DNA of 64,000 nt from Anaeromyxobacter sp. (lineage in GTDB: Bacteria > Myxococcota > Myxococcia > Myxococcales > Anaeromyxobacteraceae), in NCBI GenBank assembly GCA_049840735.1, contig JASGJN010000005.1:1-64000 (forward strand). Direction: 5' to 3'. A program made the translations under genes and the position numbers. Numbering within the stretch: position 1 is the stretch's first letter; each line of letters begins with the position of its first letter. Below the pieces are notes generated by a model that did not search any database, was not told the origin of the DNA, and was given only the letters and a program-made list of their open reading frames with translations. Below are positions 1 to 10,716 of this stretch, piece after piece.

Positions 1-438
1 GACTTGCCAGAGAATCCTTTTGTCCATTCCGTCTCCGATCACGATGCGCCAACGTACGAAAGCCGCTTGATGTCCGCCCGTGGAGACGAGCCCATCCTGA
101 AGAGTGACGACTGCCCCATCATCAAACGAGTTGTCACGCGTGGCTCTTACTACAAGCCTCGTATCCATTCTTATAATGGCCCCAAGAGGCGTATTTTCAG
201 TGATGCTCGTTTCGTCCACTTCCACGCGGACCTGAGGAACGATCAATCCTTTCCGGCTAGCGTTGTCGACGCTGGGGCAATATCTGAAAGCGTACTGCTC
301 CGACAGAAATACGGCGGCTGGTTCGTCGTCGGCGAATCCAACGAGAATGGTTTCGTCATATCGTGCGCATGGCAGAATCAGGCTCAACGGCGCGGCATCC
401 GCCAACGCTCCGACGGTGAATTCATTCGCGGAAAGCAT
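1..438 (-). CDS. Hypothetical protein, 3' end runs off the window (not in ORF track)
   Basis: Hand translation from ATG at 438 with AGGAG RBS 6 nt upstream: MLSANEFTVGALADAAPLSLILP...RWRIVIGDGMDKRILWQV, 146 codons with no stop to base 1. Confidence 0.7.
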   Translation of the reverse strand, partial: MLSANEFTVGALADAAPLSLILPCARYDETILVGFADDEPAAVFLSEQYAFRYCPSVDNASRKGLIVPQVRVEVDETSITENTPLGAIIRMDTRLVVRATRDNSFDDGAVVTLQDGLVSTGGHQAAFVRWRIVIGDGMDKRILWQV

Positions 439-510
439 GTCGATCTCCTAACTCGGAATCTCGGGCGGATAAGAACATCTCGCGACAACGCAGAGGACCG
501 CGCCACCCGC

Positions 511-1407
511 CTATTCGATCCGCGTGCCGCGCCGGCCTTCGACAATGTCGAGGGCGTCTTCGAGCCTGCCGATCGCAGCGGGTTTCTTCGTGGCGCGGCA
601 GAAAGCGAGCGCCGCTTCCACCTTCGGCCTCATGGAACCGGCGGCGAAGGTTTCGCCGGAAAGTTCCGTGGTGTTCGCCTTTTCAATCGCGCGGGCTTTT
701 GGCGTTCCCCAATCCAGATAAACGGCGTCGACATCGGTGAGCATCAGCAGGAAATCGGCGTCGACCTGATGCGCAAGCAGGGAACTCGCCAGATCCTTGT
801 CGATGACGGCTTCCACACCGGCGATGCCGCCGCTGTCCAGTTGAACCACCGGAATGCCGCCCCCGCCTGCGCAGATGAGCGTGACGCCATGCCCGATCAG
901 GAAGGACAGGATTTCCGCCTCCATGATCTCCAGCGGCTGCGGCGAGGCCACGACGCGCCGCCATTTGTCTCCGTCGGGCGCGACCGTCCAGCCCCTCTCT
1001 CCGGCAAGCCGGCGGGCGGTCGCCTCGTTATAGACCGGACCAATGGGCTTGGTCGGTCTGGAAAAGGCCACGTCTCCGGGATCGACCCGGACCTGTGTGA
1101 GCAGCGTCGCGAAACGGGCGTCCGGCATGGCGTTGCCCAGTTCCTGCTGAAGCACATAACCGATCATGCCCGCGCTCTCCGCGTCCAGCACATCGAGCGG
1201 AAACGGCCATGGCGAGGCGGCCGCCTGCAAGGCGAGCAACCCCACCTGCGGACCGTTGCCGTGCGTTATCACCAGCGTATGGCCGGCCGCCGCCAGAGCG
1301 GCCAGCGCCGTGGCGGCACGCCGGATATTGGCGCGCTGGTTTTCCGGCGTCATCGGCTCGCCGCGTTTCAGGAGGGCGTTGCCGCCGAGGGCTACGACGA
1401 TCCGCAT
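511..1407 (-). CDS. arcC: Carbamate kinase
   Basis: [47 protein letters not shown] motifs; last gene of arc operon. Confidence 0.96.
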   Translation of the reverse strand: MRIVVALGGNALLKRGEPMTPENQRANIRRAATALAALAAAGHTLVITHGNGPQVGLLALQAAASPWPFPLDVLDAESAGMIGYVLQQELGNAMPDARFATLLTQVRVDPGDVAFSRPTKPIGPVYNEATARRLAGERGWTVAPDGDKWRRVVASPQPLEIMEAEILSFLIGHGVTLICAGGGGIPVVQLDSGGIAGVEAVIDKDLASSLLAHQVDADFLLMLTDVDAVYLDWGTPKARAIEKANTTELSGETFAAGSMRPKVEAALAFCRATKKPAAIGRLEDALDIVEGRRGTRIE

Positions 1408-1411
1408 GGCC

Positions 1412-2414
1412 TCACCCGCCGATCGTCGCCAGAAGCATGGCCTTGATGGAATGCATCCGGTTTTCCGCCTCGTCGAAGACGATGGAGGCTTCCGATTCGA
1501 AAACCGCGTCCTCTACCTCCATACAGTCGATGCCGTATTCCTTGGCGATCTTCGCCCCGACATCAGTTTCCGTATTGTGGAAAGCAGGCAGGCAGTGCAT
1601 GAATTTCGCATAAGGATTGCCGGTGGCGGCCATCAGTTCCCGCGTGACGCGGTAAGGGGTCAGCAGTTCGATGCGTTTGCGCCAGGCGCTTTCGTCCTCG
1701 CCCATCGAAAGCCATACATCCGTATAGACGAAATCGGCTCCCTCCACGCAGGCCTTCGGATCCTCGTCCAGACGGAACCGCCCGCCGCTTATGCGGTTCA
1801 GTTCGGCGATATGGTCGCAGAACGCTTTCTCCGGCCACAATTCGCGCGGCGAGGCGATGCGCATGTCCATGCCGACCTTGGCCGCGCCGATGGCAAGCGA
1901 CAGGGCCACGTTGTCCCTGCCCTCGCCGACGAAGGTCACCGTCATGTCGGAAAGATGCTTGTGCGTGAACTCGCGCATCGTCATCAGATCGGCGAGTATC
2001 TGGGTGGGATGCGCCTCGTCGGTGAGGCCGTTATAGACCGGCACGCCGGCATAGGCCCCCAGCACCTCAAGCTCCTTCTGGCTGAAGCCCCTGTACTCGA
2101 TGGCGTCATACATGCGGCCCAGCACGCGGGCCGTATCCTTCATCAATTCCTTATGGCCGATATGGCTGCCGGACGGGCCGATATAGGTGACGTTCGCCCC
2201 CTGATCGAAGGCGGCGACCTCGAAACCGGACCGGGTGCGGGTCGAAATCCTTCTCGAAGATCAGGGCGATGTTCCTGCCCTTGAGGCGTGGCGCCTCCGT
2301 GCCAGCCCGTTTCGCGGCCTTCAGGTCTGCCGCCAGATGCAGCAGGTAACGGATTTCCGATCCCGAAAAATCGTCGAGGGTGAGAACATTGCGGCCATGC
2401 AGGTTCACAGGCAT
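1412..2414 (-). CDS. arcB: Catabolic ornithine carbamoyltransferase, one +1 frameshift at about 2245
   Basis: [13 protein letters not shown] (after removing one base), [29 protein letters not shown]; ORFs 2151-2414 and 1412-2146 join. Confidence 0.93.
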
Positions 2415-2442
2415 TTTATTGCTCCTTGGGGGATTCCCGTTA

Positions 2443-3661
2443 TCAGGCCGGATCGCGCGCGATCGGGCAGGTCATGCAATGACCGCCACCGCGCCCGCGG
2501 CTGAGTTCGGCGCTGTCGATGGTGATGACCTCGATGCCGGCCCGGCGCAGCAGCGTATTGGTGTAGACGTTGCGGTCATAGGCGACGACCACGCCGGGTT
2601 CGACGGCGACGACATTGTTGCCGTCGGTCCACTGCTCGCGCTCGGCCTCGTAGGAATCGCCGCCGGTGGCGACCGTGCGCAGCGTCTTGAGACCCAGCGT
2701 GTCGCGCACCACCTCGATGAAGGGGGCGGTTTCCTCCCTCACGTCGAGAGCGGTTTCGCCTTCGCCCGGACGCAGCGAGAATGTCCGCACACGGTCGAGC
2801 ACCGGCGGATACATGGTCGCCAGATCGCGGTCGCAGAAGGTGAAGACGGTGTCGAGATGCATGAAGGAGCGGTCCCGCGGCATCAGCGCGGCGATGACGC
2901 GAGTCGGCCTCGCCGACCGCGAACAGGCTTTTCGCCAGTCCGGCGACCGCCTGCGGCGTCGAACGCTCACCCATGCCCACCAGCACCAAACCATTGCCGA
3001 CCGGCATGACGTCGCCGCCCTCCAGGCTGACGCCCGGCCCCGGATTGTCGGGCGACACGAAAGGCGCACCGCTGTCACGGAACCGCGGATGAAACCGGTA
3101 GACCGCCTCCACATTGGCGGCTTCAGGCCGGCGCGCGGGCCAATGCATGGCGCTGACACAGACCGCCCGATAAATCCAGCAGGAACTGTCGCGTGTGAAA
3201 AGCTGGTTCGGCAAGGGCGGCAGCACGAAATCCTGCGGCAGCAGTGTCTTGCCGGTCAGTCCGGCGGGCGAAAAGGGCAGCTCCGCCCGTTCGACGCCGC
3301 CGATCAGCAGCGACGCAAGCTGCTCGTGCGGCAGTTCGTCCAGCCAGCCGCGCAATTCGTCCATCATGTCGTAACCGACCAGCGAGGAAGCCACGCGGCG
3401 GTCGAGCAGCCATTTGCGCGCTTCCGGCTGGGCTAGCGTTTCGCCGAGCAGTTCCTCGAAGAGGTGGACGGTGACGCCGCGCTCGCGCAGCGTATCCACG
3501 AACACGTCGTGCTCCTGCCGTGCGCGTTTGACCCACAGGACGTCATCGAACAGCAGATCATGGCAATTGTCTGGGGTAAGGCGGCGAAGGCTGAGATCGG
3601 GACGATGCACGACGACCTCGCGCAGACGGCCGACTTCTGAGTGGACACCAAGACCGGACAT
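2443..3661 (-). CDS. arcA: Arginine deiminase, one +1 frameshift at about 2906
   Basis: [34 protein letters not shown]-terminal [11 protein letters not shown] with catalytic Cys; two overlapping ORFs join. Confidence 0.94.
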
Positions 3662-3705
3662 GGCGATGGTCCTTTCCAATAGGGTTTATCGTTTTGTTTG
3701 AAGGT

Positions 3706-5114
3706 TCAGAGCGGGCTGATCGCGCCGATCCACATTTCGTAAGCCGCATAAAGACCGGCGGCCACCAGCGCCACAGCGAGCGCCGCCTCGACGGGATGGA
3801 AGATGCGCTGCCTGTCCTCGCGGCGAGCCCATACGTAGAAGATAATGCCGGGCGCATAGAGAATGGCGCACATGAAGAGGTAGGAGAGGCCGGCGGCGTA
3901 AACGAGCCAGAGGCCATAGACCGTCGCGAGCCCTCCGCCGAACAACGCCCCGCCGCGACTTTCGTTCACTCCATAGCTTTCGCCGGTGATGGCGAGCTTG
4001 GCCGCATAGGCTCCGGAGAAGATATAGGGCACCAGAATGGCGACCGAGGCGATGGAGAACAGCGCCTGATAGGTGCTGTGCGCAAAAAGCGTGATCACGA
4101 GGAAAAGCTGGACCAGGACATTGGTGACGGTGAGCGACGTCGACGGCGCGCCGCGCGCGTTTTCATGTCCGAAGAAAGACGGCATTGTCCCGTCCTTACC
4201 CGCGACATGCGGTATTTCGGCGGCGAGCAGCGTCCAGCTCAGGAAAGCGCCGATCACGGAAACCACCAGAGCGATGTTGATGAGCACCGCGCCCCACGGA
4301 CCGACGACCGCCTCCAGCACGCCTGCCATGGACGGGTTCTTCAGCGCGGCCAGTTGCGGCTGGGTCATGATGCCGAGCGACAGCAGCGAGACGAGCGCAT
4401 AAAGGGCGAGGCAGGTGAAGAAGCCGAGGACGGTGGCCGTGGCGATATCCTTGCGCCGTTCCGCGCGGGCCGAAAACACGCTCGCGCCCTCGATGCCGAT
4501 GAAAACCCACAGCGTCACCAGCATGGTGCTTTTCACCTGCGTCATGACGGAGCCGAGACTGGCGTTGCCGAGGCCGGAAAAATCCAGCGAGAAGACGTTC
4601 AGCTTGAAGGCGATCGCCACGATGGCGATGAAAAGCACGATGGGCGCGATCTTGGCGACGGTGACGATCAGGTTCACCACGGCGGCCTGCCGGACGCCCG
4701 CCAGAATGAGGAAGTGGATCGCCCAGAGCAGGATGGACGCGCCGACCACGGCCTGCCACGTATTGCCGTCGCCGAAGGACGGGAAGAAATAGGACAGCGC
4801 GCTGAACACGACGACCGCATAGGAGACGTTGCCCACCCATGCGCTGATCCAGTATCCCCATGCGCTGTTGAAGCCGACGAACGGCCCGAAGCCCGCCTTC
4901 GCATAGGCGTAGGGACCCGCATCGAGATCGGGCCGGCGCGTGGCGAGCGACTGATAGACGAAAACGAGCGCAAGCATGCCGACCGCCGTGATCGCCCATC
5001 CGATGATGACAGCGAGAGGTCCCGCGCCCGCCGCCATGTTCTGCGGAAGGCTGAAAACGCCGGAACCGATCATCGATCCGATGACCAGCGCGGTCAGCGC
5101 GCCGAGGCGCAGCG
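3706..5114 (-). CDS. arcD: Arginine/ornithine antiporter (APC family), 5' truncated at junction
   Basis: Frame extends upstream of the ORF-track start as LRLGALTALVIGSMIGSGVFSLPQNM; WVFIGIEGA motif; many hydrophobic segments; start codon and RBS absent. Confidence 0.92.
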
Positions 5115-6055
5115 CAGCGCCCGCGCAGCGCGGCGCGGATGGCCGCGAACTTGCGGCCGCCGCCGGCCTCCGCCACCGTGCGCGGGGTCTCGCGCAGCTG
5201 CTCGAAGCTGACGCCGATGACGCGGGCGTCGAGCGGCGACTGCACCAGCCCGCCGTCCTCGTCGAAGAAGCGGAAGCAGATCTCGCCCACCGCGCCGCGC
5301 GCGGCGAGGTCGCGCTGCTCCTCGCTGGTCATCACGCCGGCGCTGTCGCGCAGGAGGCGCGAGGGCGTCTCCAGGCCGCCGATGCCGGTCAGGATCATGG
5401 AGAGGTGATCCCAGTACGAGACCACCTCGGCGAAGTGCGGGTCGCGCAGCAGCGTCTGGCGCGCGCCGGGCGAGCCCACCAGGCCGGGGCCGAGCAGGAA
5501 CACCGGGCGCGCCTGGCAGACCTCGGCCAGCCGCTGGGTGAGCCGCGTGGCGCTGGTGGCGCCGGGGCGCCCCACGCCGCCCAGCACCTGCACCACGTAG
5601 CGGGTGGAGCCCTGGCGGACCGGGTGCATGGCCTCGACCGTGGCCAGCAGCGTCTCGCTCCAGGAGGAGATGCCAATCGTCTCGCAGCCGCCGACCGCCC
5701 CCTCCAGCCAGGCGGCGGCGCTGGGCGCCAGCGCCTCGACCACGTCGTCGTCGCGCGCGCCGCCGGTGTCCACCACCACCACCTGCGCCGCCCCGTACCG
5801 CTCCTCCAGCGCGCTCTCGACGCCGGTGTGCATGCCCGGCGGCACGTGCACGGTGGTGCGGACGATGCCCTGCCCCTCGGCCAGCTTGAGCAGGCGCGAG
5901 ACCCGCGCCTGCGAGAGGCCGAGCTGGTCGGCGATGGCGGACTGGTTGAGGCGGCGCTCGTGGTACATCTGCGCCACCTTCACGATCAGTCGCACCTGCT
6001 CCGACGGCTCCTCGGGTCCTGGCTTCCTCCGGCGCGGCGTCTTCGGCCCAGCCAT
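5115..6055 (-). CDS. SorC/DeoR-type sugar-binding transcriptional regulator, 3' truncated at junction
   Basis: VAQMYH...NQSAIADQLGLSQARVSRLL HTH, GISSWSETL, GAVGEIC..FFD, KFAAIRAALRGR, then abrupt read-through into arcD DNA out of frame. Confidence 0.88.
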
Positions 6056-6181
6056 CTGCGGCTCCTACCCCGGCGCCGGGCCTCCTCCGCGGAGGCCGGG
6101 CTGCATTTTCATACCACTCATGCCTGGATATGCGGAGCGGCTTCGCGACGCACCGCGCGGTGCGCCTCCTCGGAGGGCCGG

Positions 6182-6859
6182 TCAGCGGCGGATGGCCGGC
6201 GGCACGCCGCGCTTCGGGCACAGGTCGTCGAGCGGGCAGCGGGAGCAGGCCGGCGCCCTCGCGGCGCAGGTCCGGCGGCCGTGCCAGACCAGCAGCTGGT
6301 GGCCGCGCCCCCAGCGCTCCTCCGGCACCAGCGCCATCAGGTCCCGCTCCACCTTGTCCGGGTCCTCCTGCCGCGTCAGCCCCAGCCGCCGCGAGACGCG
6401 CCCCACGTGCGTGTCCACCGGGAAGGCCTGCGCCGCGCCCAGGTGGACCAGCACCACCCCGGCGGTCTTGCGCCCCACCCCGGGCAGCGCCTCCAGCGCC
6501 TCGCGGTTGCGCGGCACGCGCCCGCCGTGCCCGGCCGCGATGGCGCCCATGGCGGCCACGATGGCCTTGGCCTTGTTCCGGTAGAGCCCCAGGCTGCGGA
6601 TGTACGGCCAGAGGTCCTCGGGGCGGGCCCGCGCGTAGGCGGCGGCGTCGGGGAAGGCGGCGAAGAGCGCCGGCGTGACCTTGTTGACGCCCACGTCGGT
6701 GGACTGCGCCGAGAGGACCACCGAGACCAGCAGCTCCAGGTCGTTCCCGAACTCGAGCGCGATCTTCACGTCCGGCATGGCCCGCTCCAGCCGATCGACG
6801 ATCTCGACGGCGCGGGCGCGGGCCTCGGGGGCGGGGCGGCGGGCGGAGCGGGCGGGCAT
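6182..6859 (-). CDS. nth: Endonuclease III
   Basis: LLVSVVLSAQSTD, HhH motif LPGVGRKTA, VDTHV, 4Fe-4S motif C-x6-C-x2-C-x5-C. Confidence 0.95.
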   Translation of the reverse strand: MPARSARRPAPEARARAVEIVDRLERAMPDVKIALEFGNDLELLVSVVLSAQSTDVGVNKVTPALFAAFPDAAAYARARPEDLWPYIRSLGLYRNKAKAIVAAMGAIAAGHGGRVPRNREALEALPGVGRKTAGVVLVHLGAAQAFPVDTHVGRVSRRLGLTRQEDPDKVERDLMALVPEERWGRGHQLLVWHGRRTCAARAPACSRCPLDDLCPKRGVPPAIRR

Positions 6860-7028
6860 GCGCCGGGCAGTGTAGCCGCCCCCGGCGCCTCGCGTCCGCA
6901 GAACGGCGCCGGCGTGCGCGGCGCACCCACCCGCACACACCAAAGGCCACGCGCCCAGCGATATCCGGCGAGATCGACGCCGGCGGGGGACGCGACACGC
7001 GCCCGCCCGCTGGTAACATCTCCTCCCG

Positions 7029-8027
7029 GTGCACCCGCTCCGCCGCCGCCCACCGCCCCGTCCGCGCCCAACCGCCGCCGCGCTCGCCGCGCTGGCCGCG
7101 GCCGCGCTGGCCGGCTGCGCCGGGGGCACGGCGGGCAAGATGACCTTCGCCGACGCCGGCTTCCCGGGCCGCCCGGAAGGCGCGCCGGCGCAGGAGCCGG
7201 CCGAGGCCGCCGCGCCGCCGCCGGTGCAGGTGGCGGCCCCCGAGGCCGAGCCCACCGAGGCACCGCAGGGGCCGCCCATCGATCCGGTGCTGCAGCGCTT
7301 CGCCGCCGAGGCGCGCCTGCGCCGGGCGCACGGGCGGGCCCGCGCCTTCCCGCCCGAGGCGGTGGAGGCCTGGCAGGCGCTGCTCCCCACGCTGGACGGC
7401 TGGCTGGCCCGGCCGCTGCCCCAGACGCCGCTGCTGGAGCTGGTGCGGGTGCGCGTGACGCTGGAGGCGGAGTGGACCTCCGACACCGATCGCCTCGGCG
7501 CCGCGCCGCCCGGCCTGGAGCAGGCGGTGGGGCTGCGGCTGGGGCGCGTGGCCACGCGCATGGCCACGGCCCGGGCGCTGGGGCAGGCGCTGGTGGCGAC
7601 CACGCCGCCGCCCGGCCGGCTGCGCTGGCCGGTGGAGGCCGGCATCTCCTCGCCCTTCGGCCTGCGCGTCGATCCCTTCGACGGCACCCGCCGCATGCAC
7701 CGCGGCCTGGACCTGGCCGCCGACGAGGGGCGCGTGGTGCGCGCCGCCGCGCCGGGCTGGGTGGTCCGCGCCGGCCACACCGCCGGCCACGGGCTGATGG
7801 TGGAGGTGCGCCACGACGGCGACCTCACCACCCGCTACAGCCACCTCTCCGCGACGCTGTGCGCGCCCGGTGATCCGGTCGAGTCCGGCGGCCCCATCGG
7901 CCTGGTCGGCCGCAGCGGCCGGGCCACCGGCCCCCACCTCCACTTCGAGGTCTGGGACGGCGGCGAGGCCACCGACCCGCTGGTCTGGCTCACCTCCGGC
8001 ACGCCCCGGGTGGCCGCGGCCAGGTGA
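7029..8027 (+). CDS. M23 family metallopeptidase lipoprotein
   Basis: Lipobox LAGC; ISSPFG, HRGLD, YSHL, TGPHLHFEV motifs. Confidence 0.88.
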   Translation: MHPLRRRPPPRPRPTAAALAALAAAALAGCAGGTAGKMTFADAGFPGRPEGAPAQEPAEAAAPPPVQVAAPEAEPTEAPQGPPIDPVLQRFAAEARLRRAHGRARAFPPEAVEAWQALLPTLDGWLARPLPQTPLLELVRVRVTLEAEWTSDTDRLGAAPPGLEQAVGLRLGRVATRMATARALGQALVATTPPPGRLRWPVEAGISSPFGLRVDPFDGTRRMHRGLDLAADEGRVVRAAAPGWVVRAGHTAGHGLMVEVRHDGDLTTRYSHLSATLCAPGDPVESGGPIGLVGRSGRATGPHLHFEVWDGGEATDPLVWLTSGTPRVAAAR

Positions 8028-8074
8028 TGGCCCGCCCGGCGCGCCGCGCGCGCCCGGTGTATACCGGCTGTCGC

Positions 8075-9154
8075 ATGCCCCACCTCGCCAGCCTCCTCGT
8101 CCCGCTCGCGCTGGGCGCCACCGTCCAGGTGCCGGCCGGCGCCGACCTCTCCGCCGCGCTGGCCAGCGCCCGCCCCGGCGACGTGATCCGGCTCGGCCCC
8201 GGCCAGCACCGCGCCTCGCTCGGCCGCCGCAGCGGCCCGCTGCGCATCGAGGGCGCCGGGCCGGAGGCCACCGAGGTGGTCGCGCCGGAGGGCGAGGACG
8301 GGCTGGTGGTGGTGGAGGGCGGCGAGGTCTCGCTCTCCGGCCTCGCGCTGCGCGCCGGCCGGGCCCGCTCCGCGCTCAAGGTGCTGGGCGGCGCGGTCCG
8401 CTGCCGCGAGGTGCTGCTGCAGGGTGGGACCACCGGCGCCTTCGTGGAGGGCGGGCGGCTGGAGGGGCAGGAGGTGACGCTGGGCGGCGACTGGGGGCTC
8501 CTGGCGCGCGGCCAGGTGCAGCTCACCGGCGGCGCGGCCAGCGGCCTCCGCGCCGGCGTGGCGCTGCTCTCCGGCTCGCTCACGCTGACCCGCTTCGCCG
8601 TGACCGGGCCGTCGGCGGAGGCCGGCGTCTCGGTGTCCGGGCCCAGCCGGGCGCGGCTGGTGGACGTGGTGATCCGCTCCCCCGGCGCCTCCGGCCTGGC
8701 GGTGACCAGCGGCGCCAGCGTGGAGGCGGTGGCGCTGGAGGTGGCCGGCGCGCAGGAGCAGGGCGGCTTCCTGGGCGACTGCGTCCAGGTGCGGCGCGCC
8801 ACGGTCAAGCTGCAGGGCGGCACGCTCAGCCGCTGCGCCGGCGCGGCGCTGGAGGCCTCGCGCGCCGCCGTGGACCTGCGCGGCGTGGGCGCCGCCGGCG
8901 GCGACGCGGGCTGCCTGGCGCTGATCGACGGGACCACCGCGCGGCTGGACGGGAACCGCTGCACCGGGCGCGGGCCGGCGGTGGTGATCGCGGGCGGCTC
9001 CAAGGCCTCGGCGCGCATGAGCCGCTGGCAGGTGGACCCCGTCTACTGGGTCGAGTGCGGCTCGGGCGCGCGCGTCAAGCTGGGTGACGGCGAGCGGGTG
9101 AGCGAGCCCTGCCGCGGCGCGGCAGACCCCCTGGACAGATCGCCTCGCCCGTGA
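8075..9154 (+). CDS. Secreted protein, probable parallel beta-helix (pectin-lyase-like) fold
   Basis: Signal-like N-terminus, DLSAALASARPGDVIRLGPG start typical of beta-helix proteins, repeated G/A/V-rich beta segments. Confidence 0.55.
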   Translation: MPHLASLLVPLALGATVQVPAGADLSAALASARPGDVIRLGPGQHRASLGRRSGPLRIEGAGPEATEVVAPEGEDGLVVVEGGEVSLSGLALRAGRARSALKVLGGAVRCREVLLQGGTTGAFVEGGRLEGQEVTLGGDWGLLARGQVQLTGGAASGLRAGVALLSGSLTLTRFAVTGPSAEAGVSVSGPSRARLVDVVIRSPGASGLAVTSGASVEAVALEVAGAQEQGGFLGDCVQVRRATVKLQGGTLSRCAGAALEASRAAVDLRGVGAAGGDAGCLALIDGTTARLDGNRCTGRGPAVVIAGGSKASARMSRWQVDPVYWVECGSGARVKLGDGERVSEPCRGAADPLDRSPRP

Positions 9155-9246
9155 CAGCCTTCGGTCGCGCCGGGGTGCACGCTGGACCCACCCCTGCGCC
9201 TCACCGGCGGCCGGCCGGGAGCCCGGCAGCGCTGCTGGAGGACACG

Positions 9247-10101
9247 TTGCAGATCAACCTGCGCAAGGCGATGTTCGTGCTGCCGAATCTGTTCACGGTC
9301 AGCTCGATCTTCCTGGGGTTCTACGCGCTCACGCTGTGCGCGGGGGACGCCACGCCCACGCAGCTGTACCAGGCCGCGCTGGCCATCTTCTTCGCCATGT
9401 TCTTCGACGCCTTCGACGGGCGCGTGGCGCGGATGACCAAGACGCAGTCCGACTTCGGCGTGCAGCTCGACAGCCTGGCCGACGTCATCTCCTTCGGCGC
9501 CGCCCCCTCGCTGCTGGTCTACAAGTGGGCGCTCGCTCCCCTCGGCTTCGCCGGCCTGTTCCTCTCCTTCTCCTTCGCCGCCTGCGGCGCGCTCCGCCTG
9601 GCCCGCTTCAACGTGCTGGCCGCCCGCGGCGACAAGGGCTCCTCGCGCTTCTTCGTGGGGCTGCCCATCCCGCTGGCCGCCGGGAGCATCACCGCGCTGG
9701 TGATCGCCCACTACCGCGCCTTCGGCGCCGCGACCGACGCCGCCACGCGCGTGCCGGTGGCGGTGGTGGTGGGGCTGCTCTCCTTCCTGATGGTCTCCAC
9801 CGTCCGCTACCGCACCTTCAAGGACCTGCGCCTGACCGGGCGCAGCCTGGCGGTGGTTTCGGCGCTGGCCGTGGCGGCGCTGGTGGTCGGGTTCGTGACC
9901 CGCGCCTCCTTCGTGCTGGTCCTCTTCATGGCGGCGTACATCGCCATGGGGCTGGCCGAGTCGATCTTCGAGAAGGCCCGCACGCTGGATCGCGGCCGGC
10001 TCTCCCCGGCGGTCCGGGCCGAGCTGGAGGCGGACGAGGCGCTCGAGCCGGACCCCGACGACGTGGACGGGGACAAGGTCCAGCAGGACGAGTACATCTA
10101 G
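9247..10101 (+). CDS. pssA: CDP-diacylglycerol--serine O-phosphatidyltransferase
   Basis: TTG start after GGAGG; LPNLFT, DAFDGRVAR...FGVQLDSLADVISFGAAP, RLARFN, FVGLPIP. Confidence 0.92.
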   Translation: MQINLRKAMFVLPNLFTVSSIFLGFYALTLCAGDATPTQLYQAALAIFFAMFFDAFDGRVARMTKTQSDFGVQLDSLADVISFGAAPSLLVYKWALAPLGFAGLFLSFSFAACGALRLARFNVLAARGDKGSSRFFVGLPIPLAAGSITALVIAHYRAFGAATDAATRVPVAVVVGLLSFLMVSTVRYRTFKDLRLTGRSLAVVSALAVAALVVGFVTRASFVLVLFMAAYIAMGLAESIFEKARTLDRGRLSPAVRAELEADEALEPDPDDVDGDKVQQDEYI

Positions 10102-10104
10102 GGC

Positions 10105-10716
10105 GTGACCGCGCCGCCCTCCCCTGTCCCCACCCCCGAGACGCCTCCCGCCCCCGGCCCGCTGGCCCGCGCCCTGCGCCGCTACCGGCTGCGCGCGCCG
10201 GCCGGACCGCGCGGCCGGCTCGGGTTCTGGGTCATCCTGGCCGCCTGGGGCCCCTGCGGCTTCGCCCCGGTGGCGCCGGGCACCTTCGGCACGCTGGGCG
10301 CCATCCCGCTGGCCTGGGCGCTCTCCAGGATGGGCTGGGGGTGGTACGCGGCCGTCACGCTGCTGGTGGCGGCGGTGGGCGTGGGCGCGGCCGTGCGGGC
10401 GGGCCGGTACTGGGGCGTGGTGGACGCCTCGCCCATCGTCATCGACGAGGTGGCCGGCTACCTGATCACCATGGCCTTCGTCCCGTTCTCCTGGCCCGCC
10501 GCCCTGCTGGGCTTCGCGCTCTTCCGGGTCTTCGACGTGACGAAGCCCTGGCCGGCCTCCTACTTCGACGGCGTGAAGAGCGGCTTCGGGGTGATGATGG
10601 ACGACGTGGCCGCGGGCGTGTGGGCCTGGGCCGCGCTGCAGCTCATCCGGCTGGCGCTGCAGGCGCTGGCGGGCTGCGACGGCGGCGGCTTCTGGTGCGC
10701 CGCGCTGGGGGCGTGA
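10105..10716 (+). CDS. pgpA: Phosphatidylglycerophosphatase A
   Basis: PVAPGTFGTL, IVIDEVAG, FRVFDVTKPWP, GVMMDDVAAG. Confidence 0.92.
   Translation: MTAPPSPVPTPETPPAPGPLARALRRYRLRAPAGPRGRLGFWVILAAWGPCGFAPVAPGTFGTLGAIPLAWALSRMGWGWYAAVTLLVAAVGVGAAVRAGRYWGVVDASPIVIDEVAGYLITMAFVPFSWPAALLGFALFRVFDVTKPWPASYFDGVKSGFGVMMDDVAAGVWAWAALQLIRLALQALAGCDGGGFWCAALGA

Noticed and set aside
4196..6055. 619-aa ORF suggesting a regulator with a long novel C-terminal extension or a regulator-ArcD fusion
   Set aside because: After residue about 313 it reads arcD DNA out of frame (Arg/Gly-rich nonsense); it is a product of the junction.
6100..6136. AT-richer stretch upstream of the SorC-type regulator as an autoregulatory operator
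   Set aside because: No convincing palindrome or second copy; too weak to call.
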